A program made the position numbers and the translations under genes. A stretch of DNA of 63,870 nt, counting the filler, from Octopus bimaculoides (taxonomy: Eukaryota), in assembly GCF_001194135.2 (NCBI RefSeq). It is 8 parts of 8 records of this genome, joined end to end, with 100 filler letters (N's around TTAATTAATTAA, not from the genome) between each part and the next. Parts side by side here need not be neighbours in the genome. Positions count along the whole stretch, not along the records: positions 41,236 to 58,472 come from NC_068984.1; positions 58,573 to 61,645 come from NC_068991.1; positions 61,746 to 63,870 come from NC_068986.1; 5 more parts are not named here. One strand, 5' to 3'. Positions 50,193 to 63,530 of this stretch are shown here, one piece after another. Position 1 is the stretch's first letter. Each line of letters opens with the position of its first letter. The notes under the pieces were generated by a model, which was not told the origin of the DNA, made no database searches, and saw only the letters and a list, made by a program, of their open reading frames with translations.

Positions 50193-51677
50193 ATTGATAA
50201 GTTGCATTCTGCTGATTGAATGCAGCCATTTTCCTGCATTTTGTTCTTTGGGACAATGAAATTATTAATAGAAGCAATTACTGCTTTCTATCTAAACTAT
50301 TCACTCTAAGAGTAAAATATTTCATCTTCTCTGGCACTCCATAAGTTTATTACTATTCTTTCAGCTCTATTTACAAACATTTCTATAAGCCTGAAAATTA
50401 ATATATAATTGATTTCATATTGCAAACATTTTATTGATTATATTTATTTTATTCCAAATGTGCACACTTATTTTGAAAGGTATTATTTTTTCTAAATCTT
50501 TTTTATTTTTTTGTATTTTTTTGAACAATTTTTCTATGAATTAAAAAAATTGGAAAATAAGTTTCTATAAAAATATTGTCTTGCCTTAATTATTTTTTGA
50601 CTTAAAAGTACTGTCTTTCTTGTTGGCACCACCACCACCACCACCATCCGTATCATAATTTTAGGAGCTATATTTTGCTTGCCAGCTGAGTAGGTAACAT
50701 AACGTGTCCCTAATCATTTTAGTCAAATATCATCATCATTTAACGTCCATTTTCCATGCTGGTATGGGTTGGATGGCTTGACTGGAGCTGGCAAACAGGA
50801 GAGCTGCACCAAGTTCCAGTCTGATTTGGCCTGGTTTCTACAACTGGATGCCCTTCCTAATGCCAACCACTTTATAGAGTATGCTCTCTTCTTCAGTCAA
50901 CATACATCATCATTCTGCATTACATGTCCATACCAGTGCAATTTCGTCTTCTAAAAATACCAGCTGTCAGGTCTGATGCCTCACTACTTCCTCACAGGTC
51001 AATGATGGAGACTTTATGGTGTTTGTTTTGACCTGCTATGAACAGCAGCCAAATTACACCCTATTTCATTAAAAATTGGACACATTGATATAATGGGGTC
51101 TTAGATAATTACTGTATTTGACAGGAAAAAGTGGGTGGTCATGACTGGAATGCTATGTTGATTAAATGTGTTTGATCAGAACTGGCCTGAAGCCAAACAA
51201 CAACTACTTCTTCAACTAATTTAAGCTCAATCTTTTACATAAATTGACATTGTATTTTCAGTCCATTTTCTCTTCTCTGTCTTATAGAATTACAGTGTCT
51301 ATCTAAACTGCTTATCACTTGCAGAGGAAATAACTCTCTATGCTTCTTCAATTCTGATATTATTCAGGCTCTTAGATTGTCTAAGTTGCAAAACTTATAA
51401 CTTCTTAATAGACTGTGGTTGTCATTTCATGTCTGACATTGCTTCTTTATATTTCAGCATTTTGGGTCCCAGTTCTTTGACAGCTTGCTAGATATCCCTC
51501 TTCTCCTTTTTAGTACAATTTGCTTACTGAAAAAACAATTTTTACTTTCTACCAACTCCCTTACAATGATATCATGCTCACTGCTAGTATTTTCTGCTCT
51601 GTTGTTTATTAATATCTTCATCTTTATACTGTTTTTCTTTTAGGCCTTTTGACATTTGTTGGCATTTTATATCTTAA

Positions 51678-51897
51678 CCCTTTCGTTACTGCATTTATTT
51701 TGAGATGCTTTGTGTTTCTTTCAATTACTTTAAATATAACAAAGAATTTAGTAAAGTAACTTAGTTATCATTCAGTTAGTGTTAGGAACATAAATTGTGA
51801 CTAAGGTTTGGTGGAAGATTTTAATTCAAAACTTATCAAAACAAGATATTTGTACTCAGAGCCAGAGCCAGTTTCAGCTGGTTTGGTAATGAAAGGG
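51678..51897. mobile_element. piggyBac-type MITE
   Basis: TTAA-ccctttcgttac...gtaatgaaaggg-TTAA. Confidence 0.8.
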
Positions 51898-54699
51898 TTA
51901 AACTTGACTTTTGACTCTATGACAGATTTTGCAGTGAGACCCAAAGTATCAACATTTAAATGTTTCCAGGCTCAGCCACTGCTACATGTAATTACTAATG
52001 ATAAATTAGAAAATATGACAATCAATGAAAGAAAATTTAAAAAAAAATCCTAAGTTAATTTTATTAAGTTATTAAACCTTATTTATTTTCTGAGCAATTG
52101 TGATGAGTGATTACACTGTAACAAAATTATTATTATTTTTTGTTTTTGTCTTTGGTTAGTAATTGTTATTTCCTATTTGCTGTTATTAAGAAATCAAAGG
52201 AAATTATTTTTATTCCCTTCAAACTTTGCTTTTGTGACCTGGACATTAGTGTTTTGAAACTGACCTATTACATTTCAGACAGATTCAGTGCCGAGTTGCT
52301 GATGCAGAAATATCATTATAGCAAATATTCTGCTCAGTACCACAGATGCTTGCCACTTGCTTGGCCATAATCACTTAAGCATGTCCCTTAGTGGCTGATC
52401 ATGAACAGGAATAGTAGGGGGACATCATAGCCATGTGTTGAGAGGGATTCTTTTGGGTTTGGATAAATGTAACAAAAGCAAAGTTTGAAGGAAATATTAA
52501 CTATTTTTCCATAGTTTCAAAGGGTAAGCAAATAAGAAATAACAGTTGCTACCCAAGGACAAAAATTGTGTTACAGTGTTAATAGACATCAAAGACAAAA
52601 GCATAACTGGCTGGGACTTGAATCATGTATATTTTGCTTGCCATTTATTACTGATTATTCAATAGATAATTTTAATGACCATTTTCTATTTTTCTTGCAT
52701 CTTGGGAGGGTCATTATGCCAATAATAATGACATGCAGCAATTCAGTTTCACTTTTTTCTTATTCATCAATTGATTAGCTATTTAACCAACTAACTAATT
52801 GCTTGTTTGATTCATCATTCAGTCAATCAATCAATCAGTTGTGTTTGTCAATGTTTTTGTTGTTGTTTGCTACCTTTTCATAGCTTCTTAATTTCAGGTC
52901 AGCTTCAAGTCTGCTTCAGGACTATTTGTAGTTTTCTCTCTATGAACAAAAAGGTCATTCTTACCTCTGTTCAGTCTATAATAATTTTCTTTTTTTTGTG
53001 AAGCTGACAAAAATTAGTGATGCACAAGGATGTGCTGATCACAATTTGGTAATATACCAAATATTTTTCTACACTTGTTATATGAGTTGATGAGAGAATA
53101 GCTACACGGTCACGTGAACCATTTAGGAATATAAACCAAATCTTTCTGAATTTGTTTTTGGGGAAGATCTACTCAAATCTCCCTGTGTATGGTGGAGGTA
53201 ATTCATATATTTATCATTAAAAGAAACAATGGCACCTCCTTAGCAGATATCTCTATGCGATTGATATGGTAAAAAGATATGTCAAGGAATTCACACTGAT
53301 TGCTTGCATGACCATATCAAGTTCGTTTTGTAATCACATGATTCATGGTCTAATTTGATGGTGTAGCATCTTGGTCAAAAGTTTTCTGGGATTACCTTGA
53401 GTCAATCTAAGAACATATTGGATAATGTAGTTCAGGATACACAATGCAAAAATCCCCCCCCCCCCACTCCAAAAAACCCCAGAAAGGTCATGGCTGGTTG
53501 ATTTTGACAGTTGGTTCATTGATCAGAGCTGACCTGGAGTTAAACAACTGCAACAATTTGCATACATCAAGAGTGTCACGTGATGAAGTTACTGTCATTT
53601 AAGTTGTCTCTGGATTCCAAATTATAATTATATCTTTAAAGTGTGTGTGTGTGTGTGTTTACATATATAGATAAATATGTGTGTGTATAAAAAAAGAAGG
53701 TGGCACAGAGGGGTAATAATTGTTAGAATTGAAGAAATGGAAGCTGAAGTTTTAGAGTTTTTTTTGTTTTTTTTAATCTAGGGAAACTTCTTTTTGTAGG
53801 CACAACTCTTCTGATCATGATCTTTTAGCAGAGCCTCAAGCTTCTTGAAGAAGGAGAGTACAATTCCTGAATAACTGCAGGAGGAAGCAGTGTATCAGGA
53901 CAGTAATTTATCCTTAGGCCAGGGAATTGGTTCCAATACTTGTGATGGAACATCTAAGTTGGTGGTTTTAAATCCACCACCTAAATACAGTCTTTCTTCT
54001 GAGCTTTCACAGTTTCATCCATAAGACATGGGTTCACCCTAAGCCCTTGTACACTTAATAGTAGGAGCTTTTTTCCTTTCCTTATTCTTCTGTCTTGCAA
54101 AATACCTGATAACCTTACTAATGCCAGTGGCGTGCAAAAAATACCCAGCACACACTGTAAAGTGGTTGGCGTGAGGAAGGGCATTCAGCCATAGAAATCA
54201 TACTATAGCTGACACTGGAGCTCAACGTAGCTTTGCAACTTGCTGGATCTTGTCAAACTGTCCAGCCCATGCCAGAATAGAAAAATAGACGTTAAATTAT
54301 AAATGATGATGGATTACTCCCACACTGGTCAAATGTGGTTAATGTTCAGTTAGAATTTTTGCAAATTGATGTTTGTAATGAAAATATAGACGGAGACAGT
54401 GTGTTGTCCCAAGTATTTAGAATAGGGTTAGTGAACAAAAGGCAAGGTGGGTGCTAATGGTGTGTAGAGAATTGATATTCGTCATGATAGTGTTGTGCAC
54501 TGCAACAGAATGGTCAGATGGGAGCGTCTGATCTTGTGTGAGAATCTCTCATTTGTCACATCAAACACCAACTTCTTCCTTTGTGTCATGAGCAAATTTT
54601 CAATACTTAAGGTTTGATGTTGCAAGGCCAAAGAAAAAAAAATCTGTCAAGTAAGAATTAGAGCAAGGTTTTAATCTGGATGATAATATTACAGAATAT

Positions 54700-56130
54700 T
54701 AGTTGCTGTTGAGAAGTTACTTTGCAGAAGGACGTTATCAAGAGGTTCTTGTTTAACAGTGTGGTTTTCTTGAGCAATAATTCTTCATCTTCATCTTCAG
54801 TCTTTATTGTCATTAACAACTTCTGTTAACACTTGGTTTCCAGGGTCTTCTGTTTCTTCGTGCCAGCATCCGATGTCATCTTCATTGTGATATCAGCTTT
54901 TTCTGCCCTCTAAAGTCTGTGATGAAAAATCACTTGCCTTGAATCATGTTATCCCAACACTGCACAGCATTGGCTAATGTGGTAGTCTCCGGTGCCTCTC
55001 ATGAAGCAGCGAAATTGAACATTGCTGACTTGAGTTTATAGTTCTTGATGTTATTGAGAGTTCTTCGTTTTCGTGCATCTTCCCTTATACTGTACTCTTC
55101 TATCACCCTGAGAATATCCAAGTATTTTTGTTGATATCGTTTACAGACGGCAATTGTATCTTGATTTATTGGTTGGACTGTAGCGGTATCATTGGGAGGC
55201 AAGAACATGCACCTTATTTTACCCTCATTACTGACAAGCTGGTGATCACTTGGGCGAGCAGTTACATTGTCCATAACTACCAATGCCTTTATCTCATCGG
55301 CAGAAAATTTGAGGACACTTTCCTGATATTTCCACACTTCAGGAATAAAATGTGATAAAAATCAGTTGTTAAGAATATGCATATTAAATCATACTTTCTT
55401 GCTACAGTGATCGTTTGATGTTAGCTGGTAACATTATGCTTTTCAAATCTCACGGATGTGCTGACCTTCCCACCACCACTAACTTTAAAAGACACCTCCC
55501 ATCTATTTTCATGTAACATAGGGTTCGTTAGACTTGGTATGAAGGTTTTTATTCTTAAACGTTTGGGTGTTCTAAAGTAGCGGCTGCCAATACAGTCCAG
55601 TTAAATATCATTATACACTTCGAAAATTAGGAAATTTTCATCTTTAAGTCATATAACCTATTCTAGAATGGTTCGATCTTTAGTAATATGCTGCCTACTT
55701 CAGCATGGTTAATTTTATTACCCATTCCATGACGATTTAGAAATCGCCATACCCATCTATCACTAACTTCGAAATTCTTGATGCCCATTTGCCTAGCTGA
55801 CTTGGCAGCAACATTTTGAATTTCTACATCAAAAGTTGTTACTACATGGTTATTGATGAATAAACCACTTCACCATTGCTCCTCAAAACTTGTATCTTTT
55901 GCAACTTTCATATGCTTCGTTGCACCAACGTAACTTATCATTTGCATCAGCATTAAACTTCAATGAAAGTGCTGTGAGTTTGTCCTTAACCTAACTTGAA
56001 ATTGTGTGCTTTTTAACACCTTTTGCCGCAGAAGCACCTGCTTCTAACTTCCATATGCATTCCAATTTTTTATTCACAGATGGCATCATCTGCTTCTAGT
56101 TTAGATTATTATTTTCCTTTGAAACCACGA
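54700..56130 (-). mobile_element. pogo/Tigger transposase fossil (DDE_1 plus decayed CENP-B-type HTH)
   Basis: KALVVMDNVTARPS...KIRCMFLPPNDTATVQPINQDTI in ORF 54999-55337 (pogo LDN...FLPPNTT...QPMDQG). Boundaries approximate. Confidence 0.8.
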
Positions 56131-56877
56131 TATAAAATACAAGTCTGAAAACATCCAGTCACTGAAATATTTATAAAAATTGTGGTAGGGGGCAAACAAA
56201 TTGCACTGTGTTGTGTTAGGTGTGTTTTTTTCCCCCACTGTGCATTGTGCAACTCTGCTGAACCTTCGAGTTTAATATGATGTAACTAAAAAAAAAAAAA
56301 GAAAGAATAATCCGAACTTTATTGTTAGTTCGATCTAACTTAATCCTGTTTTCAGAATGTGTGTTATTTGATTTGAAAAAGAAAACAAAACAAAAAACAA
56401 GAGTTTACAGAAACGTAAGCGCGTCGGATGAAATGCTTAGCGATATTTCATCAGGTTTCACGTTCTGAGATCAAATGTTGTCGCGGTTGACTTTACCTTT
56501 CTTCCTTTCAGGGTCAATAAAACAAGATCAGTGAAGGAAGTACTGGAGTCGATGTAATCGACTTTCCCCTTCTCCCAAAATGTCAGGTCTTGTGCCTACT
56601 GTAGAAAGAATTATTAGATTTGAAACCAAGTTAGATTACATCGTGAAAATTATAAGGAAAATCTGTTTCGGTGCATAAATTTCCAGTAGAGTTTATTTGA
56701 TGGGGGTAGAAATGAAAGAGTAAATCATAGATTTGTGAGAGGCAGAATATGGACTGAGAAAAGTAGTGAAAAGAAGGATTAGTGTATTCATAGAACAGGA
56801 TTTAAAGAAAGGAGAAATTAGAAAGAAAGGGTTATTAGTGTAGGTTGGTGTGACAGCAAATTATAAATATAATGACG

Positions 56878-57480
56878 TACTCTTTTACTTGTTACAGTCA
56901 TGTGATTGTGGCCATGCTGGAGCACTGCCTTTAGTCGAGCAAATCGATCCCAGGACTTATTCTTTGTAAGCTTAGTACTTATTCTATCAGTCTCTTTTTG
57001 CCGAACAGATAAGTTACGGGGACGTAAACACACCAACATTGGTTGTCAAGCGATGTTGGGGGGGGGGGACAAACACAGACACACACACACACACACANNN
57101 NNNNNNNNNNNNNNNNNNNNNNNNNNNNNNNNNNNNNNNNNNNNNNNNNNNNNNNNNNNNNNNNNNNNNNNNNNNNNNNNNNNNNNNNNNNNNNNNNNNN
57201 NNNNNNNNNNNNNNNNNNNNNNNNNNNNNNNNNNNNNNNNNNNNNNNNNNNNNNNNNNNNNNNNNNNNNNNNNNNNNNNNNNNNNNNNNNNNNNNNNNNN
57301 TATATATATATATATATATATACGACGGGCTTCTTTCAGTTTCCGTCTACCAAATCCACTCACAAGGCTTTGGTCGGCCCGAGGCTATAGTAGAAGACAC
57401 TTGCCCAAGGTGCCATGCAGTGGGACTGAACCGAGAACCATGTAGTTGGTAAGCAAGCTACTTACCACGCACCCACTCCT
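56878..57480 (-). mobile_element. Full-length SINE family B with internal (TA)/(TG) microsatellite (gap)
   Basis: Head rc at 57440-57480, core to 57322, microsatellite and gap 57080-57321, 3' half 56878-57080. Confidence 0.88.
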
Positions 57481-57840
57481 GTACTGATAAAATATCATTC
57501 ACCTTCAGTCCTTGCTTTTGTCACTCTCCTATTATCCTCCATCTATTCACTCCCATATTATGATACAATTAGCTGTGATGTGTTTAGGGTGATCTCAGAA
57601 CAATTCATAGCAGGAAAGGAAAATTAGTTTCTCATTACGATCTTGGATTATATCATGAACTGGTCTTAACATTTTTGATAGATTTACCATCTTTGGAGGA
57701 TGCGAAGTACTAAAATAGCACAGTAACTGTATCAAGGATGGTGGTGTAAGTCAAAACTAACAGTCATTTCCTTAACTGAAATTTGTTCGGTTTAACGGGG
57801 TTCCTTTGGATAAGGGTAACTGTACATATGCATTCAGACA

Positions 57841-57971
<131 letters not shown>

Positions 57972-58337
57972 ATGTACGTATCTGTGTATGTATGTAGAAA
58001 AGCAGAGAAACAAACAGACTGATGACTGTGTGTGTTGTACGAGTATGTTTATCATATGATGATGCATTGTGAGTTTACTGCATTAGTCAAAACTGCAGTG
58101 GAATTCGAATATGACTCATTTCATAGCTGAGTGCTTACTCGTGGAAATACATCGCAAGATATCCTGCTGAGTAAATTATATACTCCACTTCATATGTTAA
58201 TGTCAACGTTTATACAAACTTCAACTGATAGTGTATGTTCTATATATTTTTGGGGAATAAGTAAGCATCTAATTGTATGCTTATTGCGTGTGTTTGTGTT
58301 TGTGCATTTATTTAAAAATATGCATATGCCAATATCC

Positions 58338-58431
<94 letters not shown>

Positions 58432-58572
58432 ATCTGTCTGTCTGCATATGTGTGTGTGTACTTTATATATATNNNNNNNNNNNNNNNNNNNNNNNNNNNN
58501 NNNNNNNNNNNNNNNNTTAATTAATTAANNNNNNNNNNNNNNNNNNNNNNNNNNNNNNNNNNNNNNNNNNNN

Positions 58573-58607
<35 letters not shown>

Positions 58608-60363
58608 ATGTGTGTGTGTGTGTAACAAGCTTTTTTAGTTTCCACCTACCAGATCCACTCACGAGCCACAAAGATTTGGTTGGTCCACAGATATAGTGAA
58701 AGGCACTTGGCCAAGGTGCCACTCAGTGGGACTGAACTTGAAACCACGTGGTCAGGAAGCATTCTCCTTAACCACATAGCCACACCTACACCTATTGATC
58801 ATAGAAAGAATAAAAAGAAAAGAACAAAATCAAAGTCTCTACCTTGGCAGGATTCAAACTCAGAACGTAAGGTGATGCAACTAAAACAACTGGAACATCT
58901 TTAGTTTGGCACTTCACCAGGATGCAGCACATCACCAGGATGCAGCAGATCACCAGGGTTTGTATCTTTCTGTGAATTGTAAAACTAATGATAAACAGAC
59001 ATCTTTAAATTTTTCAGAAGGAATATTTGTTTGGGTTGTAGTAGATCTTGTTGTTATTATTGCTGTGAGTGTTTTGGGGAACTCTGTGTCATGGCTGTCA
59101 TTATCGTGAGCCTTGTAGCTTTTGGGGAGTGATGAGGGTTTTGTGATTGCATTGACAGTTGTAGAGGTGGTTGTTGTAATTGTTGTTGATGTTGTTGTTG
59201 TTGTTGTTGTTGCTTCTATGTGCTTCTTTTATTATTTTTATTCTCTTTAATCTGCTAAATTGCGAAGGAAACATTGGGATACCAAGATGTGTATATGATA
59301 TATGTGATATCAATGATATGGAAATTAGTGATGTGTGTAAGATATATGTTTATATATGATAGATTTTTCATTGCAAAATATCCATGAAGATAAAGATATA
59401 ATAAAAACAAACAAACAAACAATCAGATGTGGAAAGATTAATAGACTAAAGTGATAGAAAACCAAAGATACCGTGTGAATATAAGTGTATCTGAATATGT
59501 TTGTATGTATATTATTATATATATGTTTATATAAGTGTATATATTTGAATATGAATACGTGTGTGTATATAAGTATATATACGTTTGTAAATGTGAATAT
59601 AACTATATACAAATATGTGTGAGTGTATGTGTGTATATAATTGTATACGAATGTGCATGTGTGTGTATATATCTGTGTGTGTGTGTGTGTGTGTTTGTAT
59701 AAGTGTATATGATTGTATATGAATGTGTATGTTTGTTTATATATCTATATATATTTGTTTATATGTGTATAATTATATATGAATACATGTATATAAATAT
59801 GTATTTGTATACACATACATATATACATACACATATTCATATACAATCATATACAGATAGTCAAACATATGCACACACACACACACACACACACAGACAT
59901 ATATACATGCATATGTGTGTGTATGCTATTCTATGTGTATATGATTGTATATAGATATGTGTATGTATAAGTATGTGTATACATTTGTATATTATTTTAT
60001 TTGAATATTTGTATGTGTATATAAGTTTACATAGGTTTGTATATGTTTACATGATTGTATATGAGCATATGTATGTATATATATAAATATATATATACAT
60101 TTGTATATGTGTTTATGATAGTGTATAAATATGCATTATATATATAAGTGTATGTAAAATTGTGGTTTCAATTCCTGGACTGGGCAATGCGTTGTGCTCT
60201 TGATCAAAGCATTTCATTTCCCATTGCTCCAAGCAAATATGAGTAAACCTACGATGGACTAGCATCCCGTCCAGGAGAGAAATATATATGCCACAAAGTT
60301 TAGGAAAGTGGCCTTACAAGCTAATGGTTTGGAATTGATCTTTGACCCCTTTCGATAGGTGTA

Positions 60364-61194
60364 CAAGGTCTGATCAATAAGTATCCAGACTGTTCCGATA
60401 GTAACGAAGCTAAAGCACACAGAAAGAAGCTGCTTGGCACGAATTGATCTTGAACCCTGCTGTGTATGCGCACTAAGTTTTAATGTTCTAGCTCACTTCT
60501 GCTGTTTACAGCAGTACTTGGAAGGAAGGGGTGTAGTGTGTGATTGTCACATTGACCATGACAGAAAAAGTTGTCATGGCAATACCTGCTGAGAAGCCAA
60601 TGCAAAGTTACAGAAAATGTATGAGCTACATACAAGTGGTGTGTATGAGCTGCACACAAGTGTACGAGTGGGTCAGATGTTTCCAAAATGGCCAAAAAAA
60701 TATTAATATTGACGAATGTTTTTAGAGACCTGCAACCAGCAGAACTGAGAAAAGCATTACAGATGTGCATGCAGCTGTGAGGGGAAATCGTCAGATCACC
60801 ATCCGTGAGTTATCAGAGGAAGTGCAGGTTAGTTACGGTTCAGTTCAGTCCATTATCACCGAAGATTTGGGTATGAGATACATGTTTGCCAATCTTGTGC
60901 TAAAACTGCTTTCAGCTGACCAAAAAGACACTTGGGTTTCAGTTGCACAAGATCTTGATTGTGTTGAGAACAATGAAATCTTTTTGAAAGCTTTGCATAG
61001 GCCTCTGAGCGGGTATTGCCAAGCTTTTGGCAAAATTTGTTGCAGATTCTCTACTCAACTTTCTTTGTGATGGCCAATGCGATGATCACACGCTACACAC
61101 CTTCCTTGCAAGCACTGCTGTAATCAGCAGAAGTGAGCTAGAACGTTAACACTTAGTGTCCATGCACAGCGGAGTTCAAAGTCAATCTGTGTCA
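60364..61194 (+). mobile_element. Mariner derivative: N-terminal transposase fragment between ~124-bp inverted repeats
   Basis: TA-caaggtctgatcaataagtatcc start; QVYEWVRCFQNG and GNRQITIRELSEEVQVSYGSVQSIITEDLGMR (HTH). Arms 60435-60558 and 61071-61194; right end cut by SINE B 3' half (61195-61370, -). Confidence 0.82.
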
Positions 61195-61745
61195 TGCTGG
61201 GGCACCGCCTTGGAGATGTTTTAATCAAATGAATTAACTTCAATACTCATTTTTTTTGTAAGCCGGGTACTTATACTATCATTCTCTCTTACCGAACTGC
61301 TATGTTATGGAGACATAAACACACCTCCACAGGTTGTCAAGTGCTGGTGAGTGACAAACACACACACACAACTTTTTTTTTTTTGAGAACAAGAAAGCGT
61401 TGTTGATTGAGCTGCATAATAGGAAATTCCTTGGATTACAAAAAAAAAAAAAAGAAAAACGTATTAAGCTACTTCTTCTTGGATTATGAGTTCAAATCTG
61501 AATGGACCATTTAATTCTGTATTGTTTCACTTCACCTATTTGATGGAGATGACCACTATATCATCTGGCAATAAATTAAAATAGGCTGATATATTTATTC
61601 ACAGCAATAATTATAATTCGTCTGTTTTACATCATGAAAGCCTCANNNNNNNNNNNNNNNNNNNNNNNNNNNNNNNNNNNNNNNNNNNNTTAATTAATTA
61701 ANNNNNNNNNNNNNNNNNNNNNNNNNNNNNNNNNNNNNNNNNNNN

Positions 61746-61777
<32 letters not shown>

Positions 61778-62363
61778 TACGACTGGTCAGCTACAGGACC
61801 AGTGTAAGAAAGGAAGCAAAAAGGGAACTGGCTGCTGGTCACGTGTGACAGCAGCAGCAGGCAGAGGAGAAAGACAGTAGGGAGAGGGAGCGAGAGAAAA
61901 AAATAAAAAGGAAAGGGATGAAGAGGAAGGAGAAAGGCTAGGAATACAAGAGGGAGAGAGAGAGAAGGAATAAGTAGAAAGGCTAGAATAGAAGTGAGAG
62001 TGTGAAAGAAAGAAAAGGGGGAAAGAATGAGTGTATCTTTCTGTCTGCTGTCTGTCTGATTGCCTCTCTGTCCGTCTGTTTGCCTGTAGGTGATATATTA
62101 ATTCCAACCCATCTTGTTTAGTTTATCTCTGAAATTTAAGACAACATAGAGGTAATAATCTCATTAATTTAAAGGAAAATTATCTTCGTTAGCAAGACAG
62201 GACACTGACATTTCCAACATGGCCACTGAAACACTGCATGCATGTATTTCGTCACTTCATGATCCGATGCATCGTAAATAATATAATACCTAGAGATATT
62301 ATGTAACCAATGAGTGGAGTTTAGAAGAACGACTTTAACAGTCGTAGAGACTAAATTAAACCA

Positions 62364-62415
<52 letters not shown>

Positions 62416-62417
<2 letters not shown>

Positions 62418-62682
62418 AATAATATTGGTCAAGGTTACCGTGGTCTTTTCCGTAGACTTTTCTTTCCACGGATAAACCTAAACTGTTCCCCCTTTTACAG
62501 CGGAACATTGCTTTGATACACGATCCCTATTGATTGCCTTTTTTTTTCTCTCTCCTTACGATCCCTTTTGATCGAAAATTTACCCCTTTTTTTCTCTCTC
62601 TCCTTCCCCTTCCCAAAAAGAAAAGCTCTACTTTGTACCTTATCCCCTCTGTCTTGAGCCCTGTGTGGCTAATAAAGAAACA
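62416..62682 (+). mobile_element. 5'-truncated non-LTR 3' end inserted in (TATC)n
   Basis: (TATC)n 62364-62415 and 62683-62730 flank it; ends ggctAATAAAgaaaca; second copy at 16481-16724. Confidence 0.75.
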
Positions 62683-62731
<49 letters not shown>

Positions 62732-62844
62732 GTCTTTCTGTCAGTCTTTATGGAATATGGTGTTTTGATATTTATAGTTACTGAAAGTTAAACTCTCACA
62801 CCACCTCTGACTACCGTTTATGATCCCATAACCATTTCGTTAAT

Positions 62845-62924
62845 ATATCCATCTATCCATCCATCCATCCATCCATCCATCCATCCATCCATCTATCCAT
62901 CCATCCATCCATCCATCCATCCAT

Positions 62925-62974
<50 letters not shown>

Positions 62975-62992
62975 GTCCGTCCGTCCATCCAT
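62845..62992. repeat. Compound tetranucleotide microsatellite (ATCC)n-(AGCC)n-(GTCC)n
   Basis: Direct inspection. Confidence 0.95.
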
Positions 62993-63009
62993 CTTCCCTG
63001 CCTAATATT

Positions 63010-63530
63010 CCTGGAAGCAGCCGTCATTAGACTTTCCGGTTCGATTCCTAAGCGTGATATTATCCAACCATTTGATTCTTGGTCTGCTCTTAGGTCTCAG
63101 ACCGTCTTGCGATTCTTTCCAGCGACATTCTAATCAGCTGCCCGTATTACCGGGGCTGCGACTTCTCAATGCAGAGAAGTAACGGTTCGGACCCCCAAGA
63201 GACTCCCTCGTCTCCGAGCTACGTACCATCTGGAGTAACTTTACTCTAGAGATCCTTCAGAGAAGCTTCATTTCGGCCGCTTGTAATTGCGATCGTAATA
63301 TGTCGATCATTACCCAAAATTGCTGACTATATGTAAGCATAGGCACGAGAACCGAATTGAAGATAGTGAGTTTTGTTTTTTTTAGCAACCTCTGGAGCAG
63401 GCACATTACTGTGCCACTACCTGAAACTCAAGCATCCAGTTCAAATTCCTGCATCCCACGAGATACTTCCTGCGGCCTCGGGATACTTAAACCGCTTCAC
63501 TTGCCTCAGTACTCACCTATCCCGACATCT
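63010..63530 (-). mobile_element. RTE-clade LINE reverse-transcriptase C-terminal fragment
   Basis: KLTIFNSVLVPMLTYSQQFWVMIDILRSQLQAAEMKLL*RISRV...PLLLCIEKSQPR*YGQLIRM...[10 protein letters not shown], with frameshifts. Confidence 0.85.

Noticed and set aside
54999-55337. Domesticated TIGD-like gene
   Set aside because: Flanking transposase sequence is full of stops and frameshifts; it is a fossil.
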